The notes under the pieces are model-generated. The model was not told the origin of the DNA, searched no databases, and saw only the letters and a list, made by a program, of their open reading frames with translations. From assembly GCA_964558935.1 (NCBI GenBank), contig CAZLFP010000001.1, forward strand, positions 5,299 to 69,298: DNA of 64,000 nucleotides, written 5' to 3'. Below, piece by piece: positions 48,247 to 57,176 of the stretch. Each line of letters opens with the position of its first letter. Position 1 is the first letter of the stretch. This DNA is from an uncultured Gammaproteobacteria bacterium. Lineage in GTDB: Bacteria; Patescibacteriota; Patescibacteriia; 2-01-FULL-39-33. Position numbers and translations under genes: made by a program.

Positions 48247-49098
48247 ATGAAATATCCTGAATTACCAATTTTTAAATCTCGCAGAAAAGTTAGAAAAGAC
48301 TATTTTAAAGGCAGTTACGCTAATCCGTATTTTAAAACAGACCAGCAAATCATACCCAGACAGGGTAGTTTCAATACTAGTTTGTATCTTAAAATTTTAG
48401 CGGTTGCCATTGTCATTTACGTGGTTATCTATAGCGAATTGCCAACAGTCACTACCATTGAGGTCAGCGGTCTGGATCTAATACCGGAACAAGAATTTCA
48501 ACATGTGGTTAACCAAAACTTAAAACATTGGCGCTGGTATTTATTTCCTCAAAGAAACATGATTTTTTTAAGTAAAAAAGCACTCAAGCAGGGGATAGAG
48601 GATAAATATAGTTTAGAGTATTTAACTGTCACTAAAGGTTGGAAAAGTCTGAGTATTAAGCTGAAAGAAAAAATCTCTCATGCCATTGTCTACAACCAGA
48701 ATGAATTTTACTTTGCAGACCAACAGGGTAGGGTAATGCAAGAATTGCCTCAAGAGCAAGTTTCCATCTATTGGGATAGATATCCCATTTTAAATGTTGG
48801 GCAAGGGGAAATCCAGATCGGTCAAGAAGTAGCCACTCCGGATCAGATGACTTTTATGCTGGCTCTGGACCAGGCCATTTTAAACACGAATTTAAAAAAA
48901 CACGGCTATGAGAGGGGAGAGGATGTGAATGAATTAAGACTGGTGTCCAAAGACGGTTGGCGCGCCTATTTTGACATTACTTCAGATTTAAATGTGGCGT
49001 TGGAGAATTTAATCCTGGTGCTCAACGAGAAGATTGAAGATCCCAAAAGAGTCGAATATATTGATCTTAGATTTGGCAATAAAGTTTTCTATAAATAA
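48247..49098 (+). CDS. FtsQ/DivIB-like cell division protein; start 48247
   Basis: Basic N-terminus, single TM, POTRA-like I.VSG region, C-terminal EYIDLRFGNKVFYK. Confidence 0.75.
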   Translation: MKYPELPIFKSRRKVRKDYFKGSYANPYFKTDQQIIPRQGSFNTSLYLKILAVAIVIYVVIYSELPTVTTIEVSGLDLIPEQEFQHVVNQNLKHWRWYLFPQRNMIFLSKKALKQGIEDKYSLEYLTVTKGWKSLSIKLKEKISHAIVYNQNEFYFADQQGRVMQELPQEQVSIYWDRYPILNVGQGEIQIGQEVATPDQMTFMLALDQAILNTNLKKHGYERGEDVNELRLVSKDGWRAYFDITSDLNVALENLILVLNEKIEDPKRVEYIDLRFGNKVFYK

Positions 49099-49275
49099 AA
49101 AAAATAGCCTGTTCGACAACGGGTCGAACAGGCCGCGGAAGGAGAAAGCGACCAGCGGAAATAGTCGCATCCTAAGGGGGCAAATGGAACCTGCCCATGC
49201 ATGTCACATAGGCAGGTTATGGCGGGATACAGGCTCCGGTGAGGTTCGGAGTCCTGATGAAAAAAACGTCTGACT
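49097..49275 (-). ncRNA. Putative multi-hairpin small RNA
   Basis: Minus strand TTGACA(49310)-17-TATATT; three hairpins plus terminator GCCTGTTCGAC/GTCGAACAGGC (49107-49133) with U-run. Confidence 0.6.
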
Positions 49276-49413
49276 GCTTTCAATATAATACATTTCATAT
49301 ATCTTGTCAAGCAAGAGGGGGGAGAGGGGTATTCCACTCCCTCCAGTTTTAGTTTACCTGGGTTTAATTGAATTAAATTACTACAGATTAAGAAGTCCTT
49401 TGGTAAGCATAAA

Positions 49414-49442
49414 TTGACATGTGGATAACTTATAGGTATAAT
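49414..49442 (+). promoter_or_regulatory. xer promoter with a DnaA box in its spacer
   Basis: TTGACA(49414)-17-TATAAT(49437); TGTGGATAA at 49420-49428. Confidence 0.75.
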
Positions 49443-49449
49443 AAATATA

Positions 49450-49483
49450 ATAACTTCGTATAACACAGGATAAACGCGGTAAA
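49450..49483. promoter_or_regulatory. Putative tyrosine-recombinase binding site (dif/lox-like)
   Basis: ATAACTTCGTATA-acacagga-TAAACGCGGTAAA imperfect palindrome just upstream of the xer ATG. Confidence 0.5.
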
Positions 49484-49494
49484 CCTATCAATAT

Positions 49495-50451
49495 ATGGAA
49501 AACTCTAAAAAAACCCTGATATCCTACATACCTGACTTTTTAGACTACTGTGAGGTCGAAAAAGGCCTGTCGCCTATCTCTACCCGTAATTACCATAACT
49601 TCCTTAAATTATTCATAGAATGGCTCAAAAATTGCCATTTAGAGGGTCTTAGACCCCATGAACTGACTCCAGACCATATTTGGGATTACAGGCTGTATTT
49701 GAGCCGAAAACAGGATGCTAAGGGTAATTATATTAAAAAGACCACCCAGTCATACTACCTCCGAGCTCTTAGAAATTTATTGAATTTTTTTACGGAAAAA
49801 GATATACCTAGCATACCCTCAGACAAGGTAAAATTACCTAAGTTAACTGAAAGAGATAAAAAGATTAAATTTCTGAAGTATGAGCAAATAAAGAAGCTGC
49901 TAGAGATGCCGGATGTGAAGAGTGAAGCCGGTTTAAGAGATCGATGTGTTTTAGAAGTTCTATTTTCGACCGGTATGCGTGTAGCTGAGTTAACTTCGCT
50001 TAACGTAAATCAGTTTAACTTAACTAACTTATCCACAGATGGTCAGGAATTAAGTATTGTGGGTAAAGGTGGTAGAAGAAGAACAGTTTATTTTTCTGCT
50101 CGTGCTTTAGACTGGTTAGCTAAGTATCTGAAGACCAGAAAAGACCTCTTCCCTCCCCTGTTTATTAACTACCGTAAAAATTCCAATCCGGATGATGATC
50201 ATAGGCTGAGTATTAGAGCTATTGAAGAAAGTGTAAAAAAATACACATCCATGGCTGGTTTGCCGGTGGATGCAACTCCTCATACTCTCAGACACTCCTA
50301 TGCTACAGATCTTTTAGAACAAGGCGCAGATTTAAGGTCTGTGCAGGAATTATTGGGTCATAAAGATATTGGAACTACTCAAGTGTATACACATTTAACC
50401 AACCAGAGGTTAAAGGATGTGTACAAGAAATACCATAGTGGAGATAAATAA
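49495..50451 (+). CDS. XerC/XerD family tyrosine recombinase
   Basis: F.DYCEVEKGLS, TGMRVAEL, GKGG, TPHTLRHSYAT, LLGH...TTQVY. Confidence 0.95.
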   Translation: MENSKKTLISYIPDFLDYCEVEKGLSPISTRNYHNFLKLFIEWLKNCHLEGLRPHELTPDHIWDYRLYLSRKQDAKGNYIKKTTQSYYLRALRNLLNFFTEKDIPSIPSDKVKLPKLTERDKKIKFLKYEQIKKLLEMPDVKSEAGLRDRCVLEVLFSTGMRVAELTSLNVNQFNLTNLSTDGQELSIVGKGGRRRTVYFSARALDWLAKYLKTRKDLFPPLFINYRKNSNPDDDHRLSIRAIEESVKKYTSMAGLPVDATPHTLRHSYATDLLEQGADLRSVQELLGHKDIGTTQVYTHLTNQRLKDVYKKYHSGDK

Positions 50452-50472
50452 AAACCCCGGATTAACCGGGGT
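50451..50472. terminator. Terminator between convergent genes
   Basis: ACCCCGG/CCGGGGT with A-run. Confidence 0.7.
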
Positions 50473-50505
50473 CTACTGGTATTGCAGTAATTAAGAATCT
50501 CTTTT

Positions 50506-51588
50506 CTATTTCTTCTTTCCAGTTTTCTTTTGAGCGGTTTTGGGTGCTTTTTTTTCCTCTTTATCCTCCTCCTTATTCTTTTTCATGTCAAAGAAACAAA
50601 GAATCAAGAATAATCCCAGACAGAAAGCTAAAATTTTAATGATTAACTGCAAAAAATCTGTCCATTTGTTTTCCATTTCGGCTCTAGCACCCAAGACTTG
50701 AGGATTAATTTCATCTTGCTCTTCTTCTATTACCTCATCTGCTTGGTTGTCTTCGGTTGGTTCAGTATCATCTTCCGACTGTGGATTAAAGGCGTTAGTA
50801 TCTTCATCTGACTCCCCTGTTCCGTTATCGTTGTCTTCTTGGTTATTATTTAAAACCATTTCAACCTCCTCATCCGCCCATTTATACGGATCTAAGGGGT
50901 ATTTATCCTCATAGTCGCTATACCCATCTCCATCCGTATCATATTTGTACTTATCTGTACCAATTTCGTCTTCATCCCAATTATACAGTCTATCGTTATC
51001 TATATCTGAATCTTGGTGATCTGAAATGCCGTCTCCATCCGTATCCGGACCGTCAAAAACAGAGGCATCATCCGGATCCGGATCTACTCCGTCTAACTCA
51101 CCATCACCATCTGTGTCTGGATTTTCCGGATCAGTCCCCTCTTCTTCTTCCTGTTGATCTGGCAGTCCATCTTGATCTGTATCTACATCCACGTAAATAA
51201 TGTCTGTCATTTGTGACATAATGGCACCATCCAGAGATTCAGTGTGTCCATCCGGATAAATCATCGCTGCATTATTAATCACAGCTCTGAACTGATGATT
51301 ACCCTGTACCGCATGCCAGTTGGTGGTTACCACTCGGCTGGTACCTCCTCCGGCCAATTCAAAATGAATGGTTTGTGAGATAACAGTACCATTATCTGTA
51401 AACACAATATCTCCGACAATGGCATTGTCACTGTCATTGACGATAACAGAGTAAATGGTTAGGTTATCACCAGCCAAGGGTGTATCATTGGAAATCCAGA
51501 TGTTGCTGGAGACAAAACCTAAATTAGCGGCTAAAATTGGAACAGCTATGAACAATCCCAAAACTACAGCCAAAAAATATTTTTTCAT
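50506..51588 (-). CDS. Surface protein: Ig-like domain, thrombospondin type 3 (DxDxDG) Ca-binding repeats, C-terminal TM
   Basis: Signal peptide; DTDQDG, DTDGDG x3, DIDND; hydrophobic then Lys-rich C-terminus. Confidence 0.8.
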   Translation of the reverse strand: MKKYFLAVVLGLFIAVPILAANLGFVSSNIWISNDTPLAGDNLTIYSVIVNDSDNAIVGDIVFTDNGTVISQTIHFELAGGGTSRVVTTNWHAVQGNHQFRAVINNAAMIYPDGHTESLDGAIMSQMTDIIYVDVDTDQDGLPDQQEEEEGTDPENPDTDGDGELDGVDPDPDDASVFDGPDTDGDGISDHQDSDIDNDRLYNWDEDEIGTDKYKYDTDGDGYSDYEDKYPLDPYKWADEEVEMVLNNNQEDNDNGTGESDEDTNAFNPQSEDDTEPTEDNQADEVIEEEQDEINPQVLGARAEMENKWTDFLQLIIKILAFCLGLFLILCFFDMKKNKEEDKEEKKAPKTAQKKTGKKK

Positions 51589-51618
51589 ATTTCTTGTATA
51601 TTAAATTATCTATTAAAA

Positions 51619-51747
51619 CTATTGACCGCAATTACACTTACAACCCGGATCGCATTCACAGCAAGCTTGGCAGAGAGCGGGATTGCATTGGCACTTGTTA
51701 TGATCGGTTAGGGGTGCTCCACATTTGGTGCATTTTTCATGTTCCAT
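51619..51747 (-). CDS. 42-aa Cys-rich metallothionein-like protein (not in ORF track)
   Basis: MEHEKCTKCGAPLTDHNKCQCNPALCQACCECDPGCKCNCGQ: 11 Cys, 2 His; fills the gap between two co-oriented genes. Confidence 0.8.
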   Translation of the reverse strand: MEHEKCTKCGAPLTDHNKCQCNPALCQACCECDPGCKCNCGQ

Positions 51748-51763
51748 ATGGATATTTTATTAA

Positions 51764-53092
51764 TTATGGGATATAGCTTAAAGGATTGACAGGAATACCA
51801 TTTAGTCTGACTTCAAAATGAAGATGAGGACCGCTGGAAAAGCCGGAATTACCTGTATACCCAATAACCTGGCCTCTGGCAACGTATTGATCGGCTTGGA
51901 CTGAAGCACTGTTTAAATGGGCATATAGGGTGGAAAAGCTGTTGTTGTGGATAATCATGATGTAATTACCGTACCATTTGGTACCATAACTCACTTTAGC
52001 TACGTAACCCGTTTCCACCGCTTTAACAGGTGTACCCATGGGCGTGGCATAATCTACACCTGAATGCTCAAAAAGATGTCGATACGGATATTCTGGATCA
52101 TGAAAATAGGCTGTAATGGGATAGGAACCGACGGGGTGGATAAAAGCCACATCTCCAAAGGAATTGAATTTTTCATTGTCTCCCCTCTTCTCCAATTCAG
52201 CTCTTAATTGTCTTTCCAAATTAGCTACTTGAGCATTGACAGCTACCTGTTCTTGTTTAATATCGTCGATTAAAGACTGAAATTTCTTTTCTGATTGTTG
52301 AGTCTGGGCAATTAAGTAGTTTTTAGTTTCTTTTCTGTCTCCCAAAGCATATTTTTCCTGCTCCAATTTTTTTAATAAATCTGCCAGTCTGTCTCTTTTA
52401 TCATTTAAATTTTCTTTGTCTTTGGTTAAGGCTAAGACATTTTCTTGAACTCGGTTTAAAGTTTTCTGCAAATTAGCTTCAATTTGCTCCAAATATTTGA
52501 TTTGATCAAAAAAATCAGAAAAAGATTCATTACTTAGCAGTACAGATAAATATTTTTTTTCATCGTACCTGTCTAACTGTCGGATAAAAGCTGCTAGCTT
52601 TTCCTTGTCTTTGGCAATAATGGCTTCTTTTTCTTCAATTTGCAAATTAACCTGTTCGATCTCCAGTTCTGTAATTTTAATTTCTTCCTGATTAGCTTGG
52701 ATATCTAAATTGGTCTTGGCAATTTGGTTTTCAATAATGTAAATTTGGTTTTGCAAGCTAGCGGCTTGGTTTCTGGCCGCTTTAATGTCATCCTTGTAAG
52801 TATCTATTTTATCTGCCAAAGCATCGATTTTCTCTCGTTGTTCATCGATTAATTCATTTAACTCAGCAATTAATTGTTCATTGGCTTTGATTTCTGGTTC
52901 TGGTTCTGTTGTGACTGTTTCTTCACTCTCTACTTCTTCCTCCTCAGTCACTTCAACTTCAGTTTCTGTTTCCTCTGCTTCTTGAGCTAAAATAAAACCT
53001 AAATTAAAACAAAAAACACTCGAAAACACTAACGCCATTAAAAGCGCCGTTAAGAGGAAACGACTGTTAGTTTTTTGCCACCGTCTTAACAT
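51764..53092 (-). CDS. M23 family peptidase with long coiled coil (EnvC/CwlO-like)
   Basis: HSGVD, YGNYIMI.H, YAHL, G..G.SG.SSGPHLHFEVR. Confidence 0.92.
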   Translation of the reverse strand: MLRRWQKTNSRFLLTALLMALVFSSVFCFNLGFILAQEAEETETEVEVTEEEEVESEETVTTEPEPEIKANEQLIAELNELIDEQREKIDALADKIDTYKDDIKAARNQAASLQNQIYIIENQIAKTNLDIQANQEEIKITELEIEQVNLQIEEKEAIIAKDKEKLAAFIRQLDRYDEKKYLSVLLSNESFSDFFDQIKYLEQIEANLQKTLNRVQENVLALTKDKENLNDKRDRLADLLKKLEQEKYALGDRKETKNYLIAQTQQSEKKFQSLIDDIKQEQVAVNAQVANLERQLRAELEKRGDNEKFNSFGDVAFIHPVGSYPITAYFHDPEYPYRHLFEHSGVDYATPMGTPVKAVETGYVAKVSYGTKWYGNYIMIIHNNSFSTLYAHLNSASVQADQYVARGQVIGYTGNSGFSSGPHLHFEVRLNGIPVNPLSYIP

Positions 53093-53206
53093 GTTTGATA
53101 ATTATTGTGTATGAATATTATACCATAATTAAAACCACTTTGACAGTTTTTTGGTCTGTGAGTATAATTACTCTTACCCGGTGATCTCAACATCCTAGGA
53201 GGGATA

Positions 53207-53413
53207 ATGTACAAGTTTACTGGCAAAAACTGTTATCTGTCGTGTGATAGCTCCTTGTGCTCAGCTAGGTCGCCTAGCGGCAAGAGCCCACATGACGCTC
53301 TGACAATGGCTGTCCGGCGTGGTTGGAAGATTGACCAAGGGAGGGATCATGCAATTTGTCCCGGGTGCCTTAAGCGCCTGGAAGAGGTGGAGCAGCCGCT
53401 TCAGCTGGTCTAG
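53207..53413 (+). CDS. Orphan small Cys-containing (Zn-ribbon-like) protein
   Basis: TTGACA(53140)-17-TATAAT; SD AGGAGGG; CD...C and GW......ICP.C; terminator 53441-53476. Confidence 0.75.
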   Translation: MYKFTGKNCYLSCDSSLCSARSPSGKSPHDALTMAVRRGWKIDQGRDHAICPGCLKRLEEVEQPLQLV

Positions 53414-53474
53414 TCAGTCGATTAGGTCAAGATCATCGGTAAGTGTGTCAAGTATGTAGTCTGGCACACTTTTT

Positions 53475-54974
53475 TTATTCAAGCAGATCCACTGCTTGAG
53501 CCAGTCTGCTTAAGGTTTTAACTTGGCCCAGGATGGCAGCTACCTCAAAAGGCGTAGCTGATTTTTGTTGGCCGGTTAAGGCTACCCGCATGGGCCAAAG
53601 CACTTCCCCATTAGACAGCTTATGATCTGAGATGTATTGAATGATTTTAGCTTCCAGTTTATCTGCTAGCCAGTCTGCTTCAGCATAACTTTTAAGTTCA
53701 GCAATTAAATTCAGCAGGTTGTCTTTGGTTGTTTTGACATCCGATTTTTTCCACACAAGCAGTTTGGGATCATATTCAAGACGGTCGGTCAGCAGATAAC
53801 TGACTTCCAGTCCAATTTGGTTTAATGTAACAATTCTGGTTTGTTCTAAGGCTAAAAATTGGTCTAAAGGCAAATTAGGTGGTAAGGTGGGAAAATTTTG
53901 CTGTAAAAAAGGCATAACTGCTGTTTTAAACTGAGCAAAACTCATTTTGCGAATATATTCACCATTCATCCAATCTAGCTTGTCTCGGTCGAAAATTGCA
54001 CCGGCTTTATGGATACGACTGAAGTCAAATTGCTGAATCATTTCGTCCAAAGACATAATCTCTTGGTCGGTACCTGGATTCCAACCCAATAAAGCGACAA
54101 AATTCAGTAATGCTGCCGGTAAATAGCCCTGTTTTTGGTAATCGCCCACAGCCACATCACCTTGTCTTTTGGAGAGTTTTGAACGGTCTGTGTTTAATGT
54201 CAGTGAAATGTGCAAGTACTGTGGCACTTCCCAGCCAAAATACATGTACAACAGAATATGTTTAGGTGTGGATGATAACCATTCTTCTCCCCGAATAACA
54301 TGAGTTATATTCATTAAATGGTCATCTACCACCACTGCCAGGTGGTAAGTGGGATAACCATCTGATTTCAACAAGACTTGGTCATCTATATCATTGGTAC
54401 TTATCTTGACCTGGCCACGCACCCAATCCTCAAATTCCAAAGTTTGGTCAGCTGGTACTTTTAGGCGAATGACATATGGATCTCCGTTTTTAAGTCTTTC
54501 TTTAACCTCAATTGGTGTCAAATTACGGCAATGCCAATCATATCTGGTTGGTTGTTTAGCTGCCTGTTGAGTTTTTCTTAAATTATCTAATCTTTGTTCA
54601 GAACAGAAGCAGTAATACGCTTGTCCCTGGTCAACCAGTTTTTTTGCGTATGTGTGGTAAATATCCAATCTTTTAGATTGTACATAAGGTCCCAATTTGC
54701 CTTTTTCCACCACTTCGCCTTGGTTGTTCAGCATTACACCTTCATCTGGTATGATTTGCGTCCAATACAAGGCATCTAAGATAGTTTTAACGGCCCCATC
54801 AACTTTTCTGCTTTGGTCTGTGTCTTCTATTCTAACTAAAAACTGACCTCCAGCTTGTTTGGCCATGAGATAAGCGTACAGAGCTGTACGCAGACCCCCG
54901 ACATGCAAGTAACCAGTGGGACTGGGTGCAAATCTGGTTCGAATGGTTTGGGTATTGGATTTGAAGAGTGACAT
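53475..54974 (-). CDS. gltX: Glutamate--tRNA ligase
   Basis: RFAPSPTGYLHVGG, RIEDTD, THVIRGEEW, KLSKR. Confidence 0.97.
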   Translation of the reverse strand: MSLFKSNTQTIRTRFAPSPTGYLHVGGLRTALYAYLMAKQAGGQFLVRIEDTDQSRKVDGAVKTILDALYWTQIIPDEGVMLNNQGEVVEKGKLGPYVQSKRLDIYHTYAKKLVDQGQAYYCFCSEQRLDNLRKTQQAAKQPTRYDWHCRNLTPIEVKERLKNGDPYVIRLKVPADQTLEFEDWVRGQVKISTNDIDDQVLLKSDGYPTYHLAVVVDDHLMNITHVIRGEEWLSSTPKHILLYMYFGWEVPQYLHISLTLNTDRSKLSKRQGDVAVGDYQKQGYLPAALLNFVALLGWNPGTDQEIMSLDEMIQQFDFSRIHKAGAIFDRDKLDWMNGEYIRKMSFAQFKTAVMPFLQQNFPTLPPNLPLDQFLALEQTRIVTLNQIGLEVSYLLTDRLEYDPKLLVWKKSDVKTTKDNLLNLIAELKSYAEADWLADKLEAKIIQYISDHKLSNGEVLWPMRVALTGQQKSATPFEVAAILGQVKTLSRLAQAVDLLE

Positions 54975-55053
54975 ATGCTGTTAATATACCTAAAAATGAC
55001 CAATTTAGCAAGTAAAAAACCGTAATCTAGAGCGTTAGATTACGGTTGCTGGC

Positions 55054-55365
55054 TTAGCAGATGACTCGCATGCCTTCGGGTTTGGAAAAATCTACTCGGT
55101 GAAGCTGGTTCCAGACTACCACGTGCTGTACAATCCCAAGTACAAAAGTGATGGTGATGACTTTTGACTCAGCTGACAGTGATTGAGCCTTAATTTTAGC
55201 TTTGACATTCGAAAAATGCCTGTGCAGCATAACGATTTCACCCGTCGGTTCGAGCTGTTGGCCCATATCTGTTGAGTCAGTCTTGTTTGGAAGAAAGAAG
55301 TTTCTGTCTTCCAGGTAGGTAATGGCCTCTTGGGTCGTAAACGGTTGCACCAGGTTTTTGTCCAT
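55054..55365 (-). CDS. Orphan hypothetical protein (own promoter, SD, terminator)
   Basis: Minus strand TTGACA(55431)-17-TACATT; SD AGGAGGG; terminator 55014-55047. Confidence 0.7.
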   Translation of the reverse strand: MDKNLVQPFTTQEAITYLEDRNFFLPNKTDSTDMGQQLEPTGEIVMLHRHFSNVKAKIKAQSLSAESKVITITFVLGIVQHVVVWNQLHRVDFSKPEGMRVIC

Positions 55366-55433
55366 CTCTTCCCTCCTTGTTGGTTAATGGAGACTGATAT
55401 ATAATGTAACATATATGTTTGGATTTGTCAATA

Positions 55434-55467
55434 TAAAAGCGGATTTAGAACTTCTAAATCCGCTTTA
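55434..55467 (-). terminator. 15-bp inverted repeat terminator after the PurF-like unit
   Basis: AAAGCGGATTTAGAA-c-TTCTAAATCCGCTTT. Confidence 0.75.
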
Positions 55468-55471
55468 AGCG

Positions 55472-55636
55472 TTAGTTAGCTTGTGACGTCTCAGTCGCTT
55501 GATCTAGCCTTCTGGCCAGTATGACTTGACGCCAGGGACAGCTATTTTTGGTTTGCTCATGGTAACGAATTAGGCAGGTGGGCTTAAAGCCACACTCTAA
55601 TTCCGTAGCTTCACAGTCGGCTTGTTTCAGTACCAT
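55472..55636 (-). CDS. 54-aa four-Cys protein coupled to the PurF-like gene (not in ORF track)
   Basis: ATG lies 1 nt after the upstream TGA; MVLKQADCEATELECGFKPTCLIRYHEQTKNSCPWRQVILARRLDQATETSQAN; ends just before the terminator. Confidence 0.55.
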   Translation of the reverse strand: MVLKQADCEATELECGFKPTCLIRYHEQTKNSCPWRQVILARRLDQATETSQAN

Positions 55637-55637
55637 C

Positions 55638-57176
55638 TCAGACTGCCAATTGGTTGCAGATCAGGCAAATAGTATTCGGCTCTCTGCCAAGAGCATCGGC
55701 AATGTCGTCATTGGTGTTAAACACCAGACTGTCAACACCCAGTTTTTGAGCCATGATCTGAGTTGGAATTTCCCGACCTTGCTCATCTACGGCCGCCAAA
55801 GACTCATCCGGCTTGGTAGACTTGCTGTATGGACAGTAGGACATGAGTTTGGGATTGGAGACTCGGATGTGGATTTCCAGCTTGATTAAGTAATCTGGCT
55901 GGTACTTTTTCTTAACCTTGAGCAGTAAGGAACGAATCTTGGGCACCAAGTTGTTCATCATCTGAGTGCCTCGGACAATGGAATCATCCACGAGCACCAA
56001 ACGAATGGTAATAACCGATGAATCTGGCTCTTCCTGACGCTTGAGATCCAGTAAATTCTGAATGATTTCAGTCGGATCATCTTCAGCCACTCTGAGCTTA
56101 GTGTCAGCCTCTTGATTGCGGATTTGTTGCTGTCCACCAGTAAAGCTGCGCTTGGCTCCCGTGTATTTGATCAGCAATTCATCCAGTAAGGGACAGCGTT
56201 TGACGCGTCCTTGACTGACAGCTTCAATCCAGGCTTGAATGTAGCCAATGGCATGGTAGCGACCCGAATCCGGTACCGGCAGAACAATATCCGGTGTAAA
56301 GCCGGCTGCAATGTCTTTTTCCGCCAATTTGGCGCCCATTCTTTTGCGGAAGGTGGTTACCGGAACGCCGAATACCACCGAACCCGGATCGGCAGTGTAG
56401 ATTAATTCAAAACCGCAGACCTTGCCCGGTCCGGAAATTTGCTTGGCAGTTTTGGCTAAACCATCTTGCAGGCGAATGATTTCACCTGGCAAAATATCTC
56501 TGTACAGTTCAAAGTCCGTGTTGGCAAAGGAGCAGGATTCTGAAGAAGCTGCAAAGGCATGGTCGTTTTTACAAATACCCAGTACAGCCGGTTTCTGACC
56601 GCTGGGTGAATTAGCCAACCATACACTGTCTGATGTTAAAATGGCGCAAAAATAGGCACCTTCAACTTTGTCAGCCAGTCTTTCCAAACCTTGCTGAAAA
56701 TTCTTTTCCAAAGCAATGATTTTAGCCAAAATCGAGATGTCATCATCTCTGTCCAAGGAATGGCCCTGACTGACCAGTTCGGCAATTAAGTCTTCTCTGT
56801 TGAGCACATTGCCGTCAAAACAAATCGCAAATGAACCCAGTTGGGTTCTGGCTTTGTACATGGGTTGACGGGTGCTGTCGCTAATGTGTCCAATGCCATG
56901 CGTGCCGCTAAGTCGATCCAATTTGCCGGCAAAAGCATCTCTGAAGTTGCCTTTATGGGTATGGATGTCTAGACCCAATTCCGGTCTCAATAGATTGGCT
57001 AAAGCCAAGCCGCAGTAATGAGGACCTCGATGGGTCAAATAGTAGGTTTGCAGACTCAGTTGCCAGGGCAGGCGTCTGGCAGTCACTTCTTTGCCGTAGC
57101 GATCTACGGCCAGGACTACCTTCTTCTTCCAAGGGTAATTGTCTGGATCTACACAGATGGCAGTTACACCACTCAT
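55638..57176 (-). CDS. Amidophosphoribosyltransferase (PurF)-like protein lacking the N-terminal catalytic Cys
   Basis: HRG, SSESC, C.FE.IY, PVPDSG, VLVDDSIVRGT, CPY, C..C; N-terminus is MSG; own promoter TTGACA(57262)-17-TACACT and SD AGGAGGG. Confidence 0.85.
   Translation of the reverse strand: MSGVTAICVDPDNYPWKKKVVLAVDRYGKEVTARRLPWQLSLQTYYLTHRGPHYCGLALANLLRPELGLDIHTHKGNFRDAFAGKLDRLSGTHGIGHISDSTRQPMYKARTQLGSFAICFDGNVLNREDLIAELVSQGHSLDRDDDISILAKIIALEKNFQQGLERLADKVEGAYFCAILTSDSVWLANSPSGQKPAVLGICKNDHAFAASSESCSFANTDFELYRDILPGEIIRLQDGLAKTAKQISGPGKVCGFELIYTADPGSVVFGVPVTTFRKRMGAKLAEKDIAAGFTPDIVLPVPDSGRYHAIGYIQAWIEAVSQGRVKRCPLLDELLIKYTGAKRSFTGGQQQIRNQEADTKLRVAEDDPTEIIQNLLDLKRQEEPDSSVITIRLVLVDDSIVRGTQMMNNLVPKIRSLLLKVKKKYQPDYLIKLEIHIRVSNPKLMSYCPYSKSTKPDESLAAVDEQGREIPTQIMAQKLGVDSLVFNTNDDIADALGREPNTICLICNQLAV

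Noticed and set aside
49240-49258. tRNA (GGTTCG motif) next to a tyrosine recombinase, suggesting an integration site
   Set aside because: No cloverleaf or proper T-arm; promoter and terminator point to the opposite strand; the recombinase looks like a housekeeping Xer
49450-49483. Engineered loxP or vector contamination
   Set aside because: Only one arm is exact; the spacer and second arm differ and the context is native sequence
51594-51776. 60-aa plus-strand ORF from the track
   Set aside because: Shadow of the minus-strand Cys-rich ORF, which matches the operon orientation
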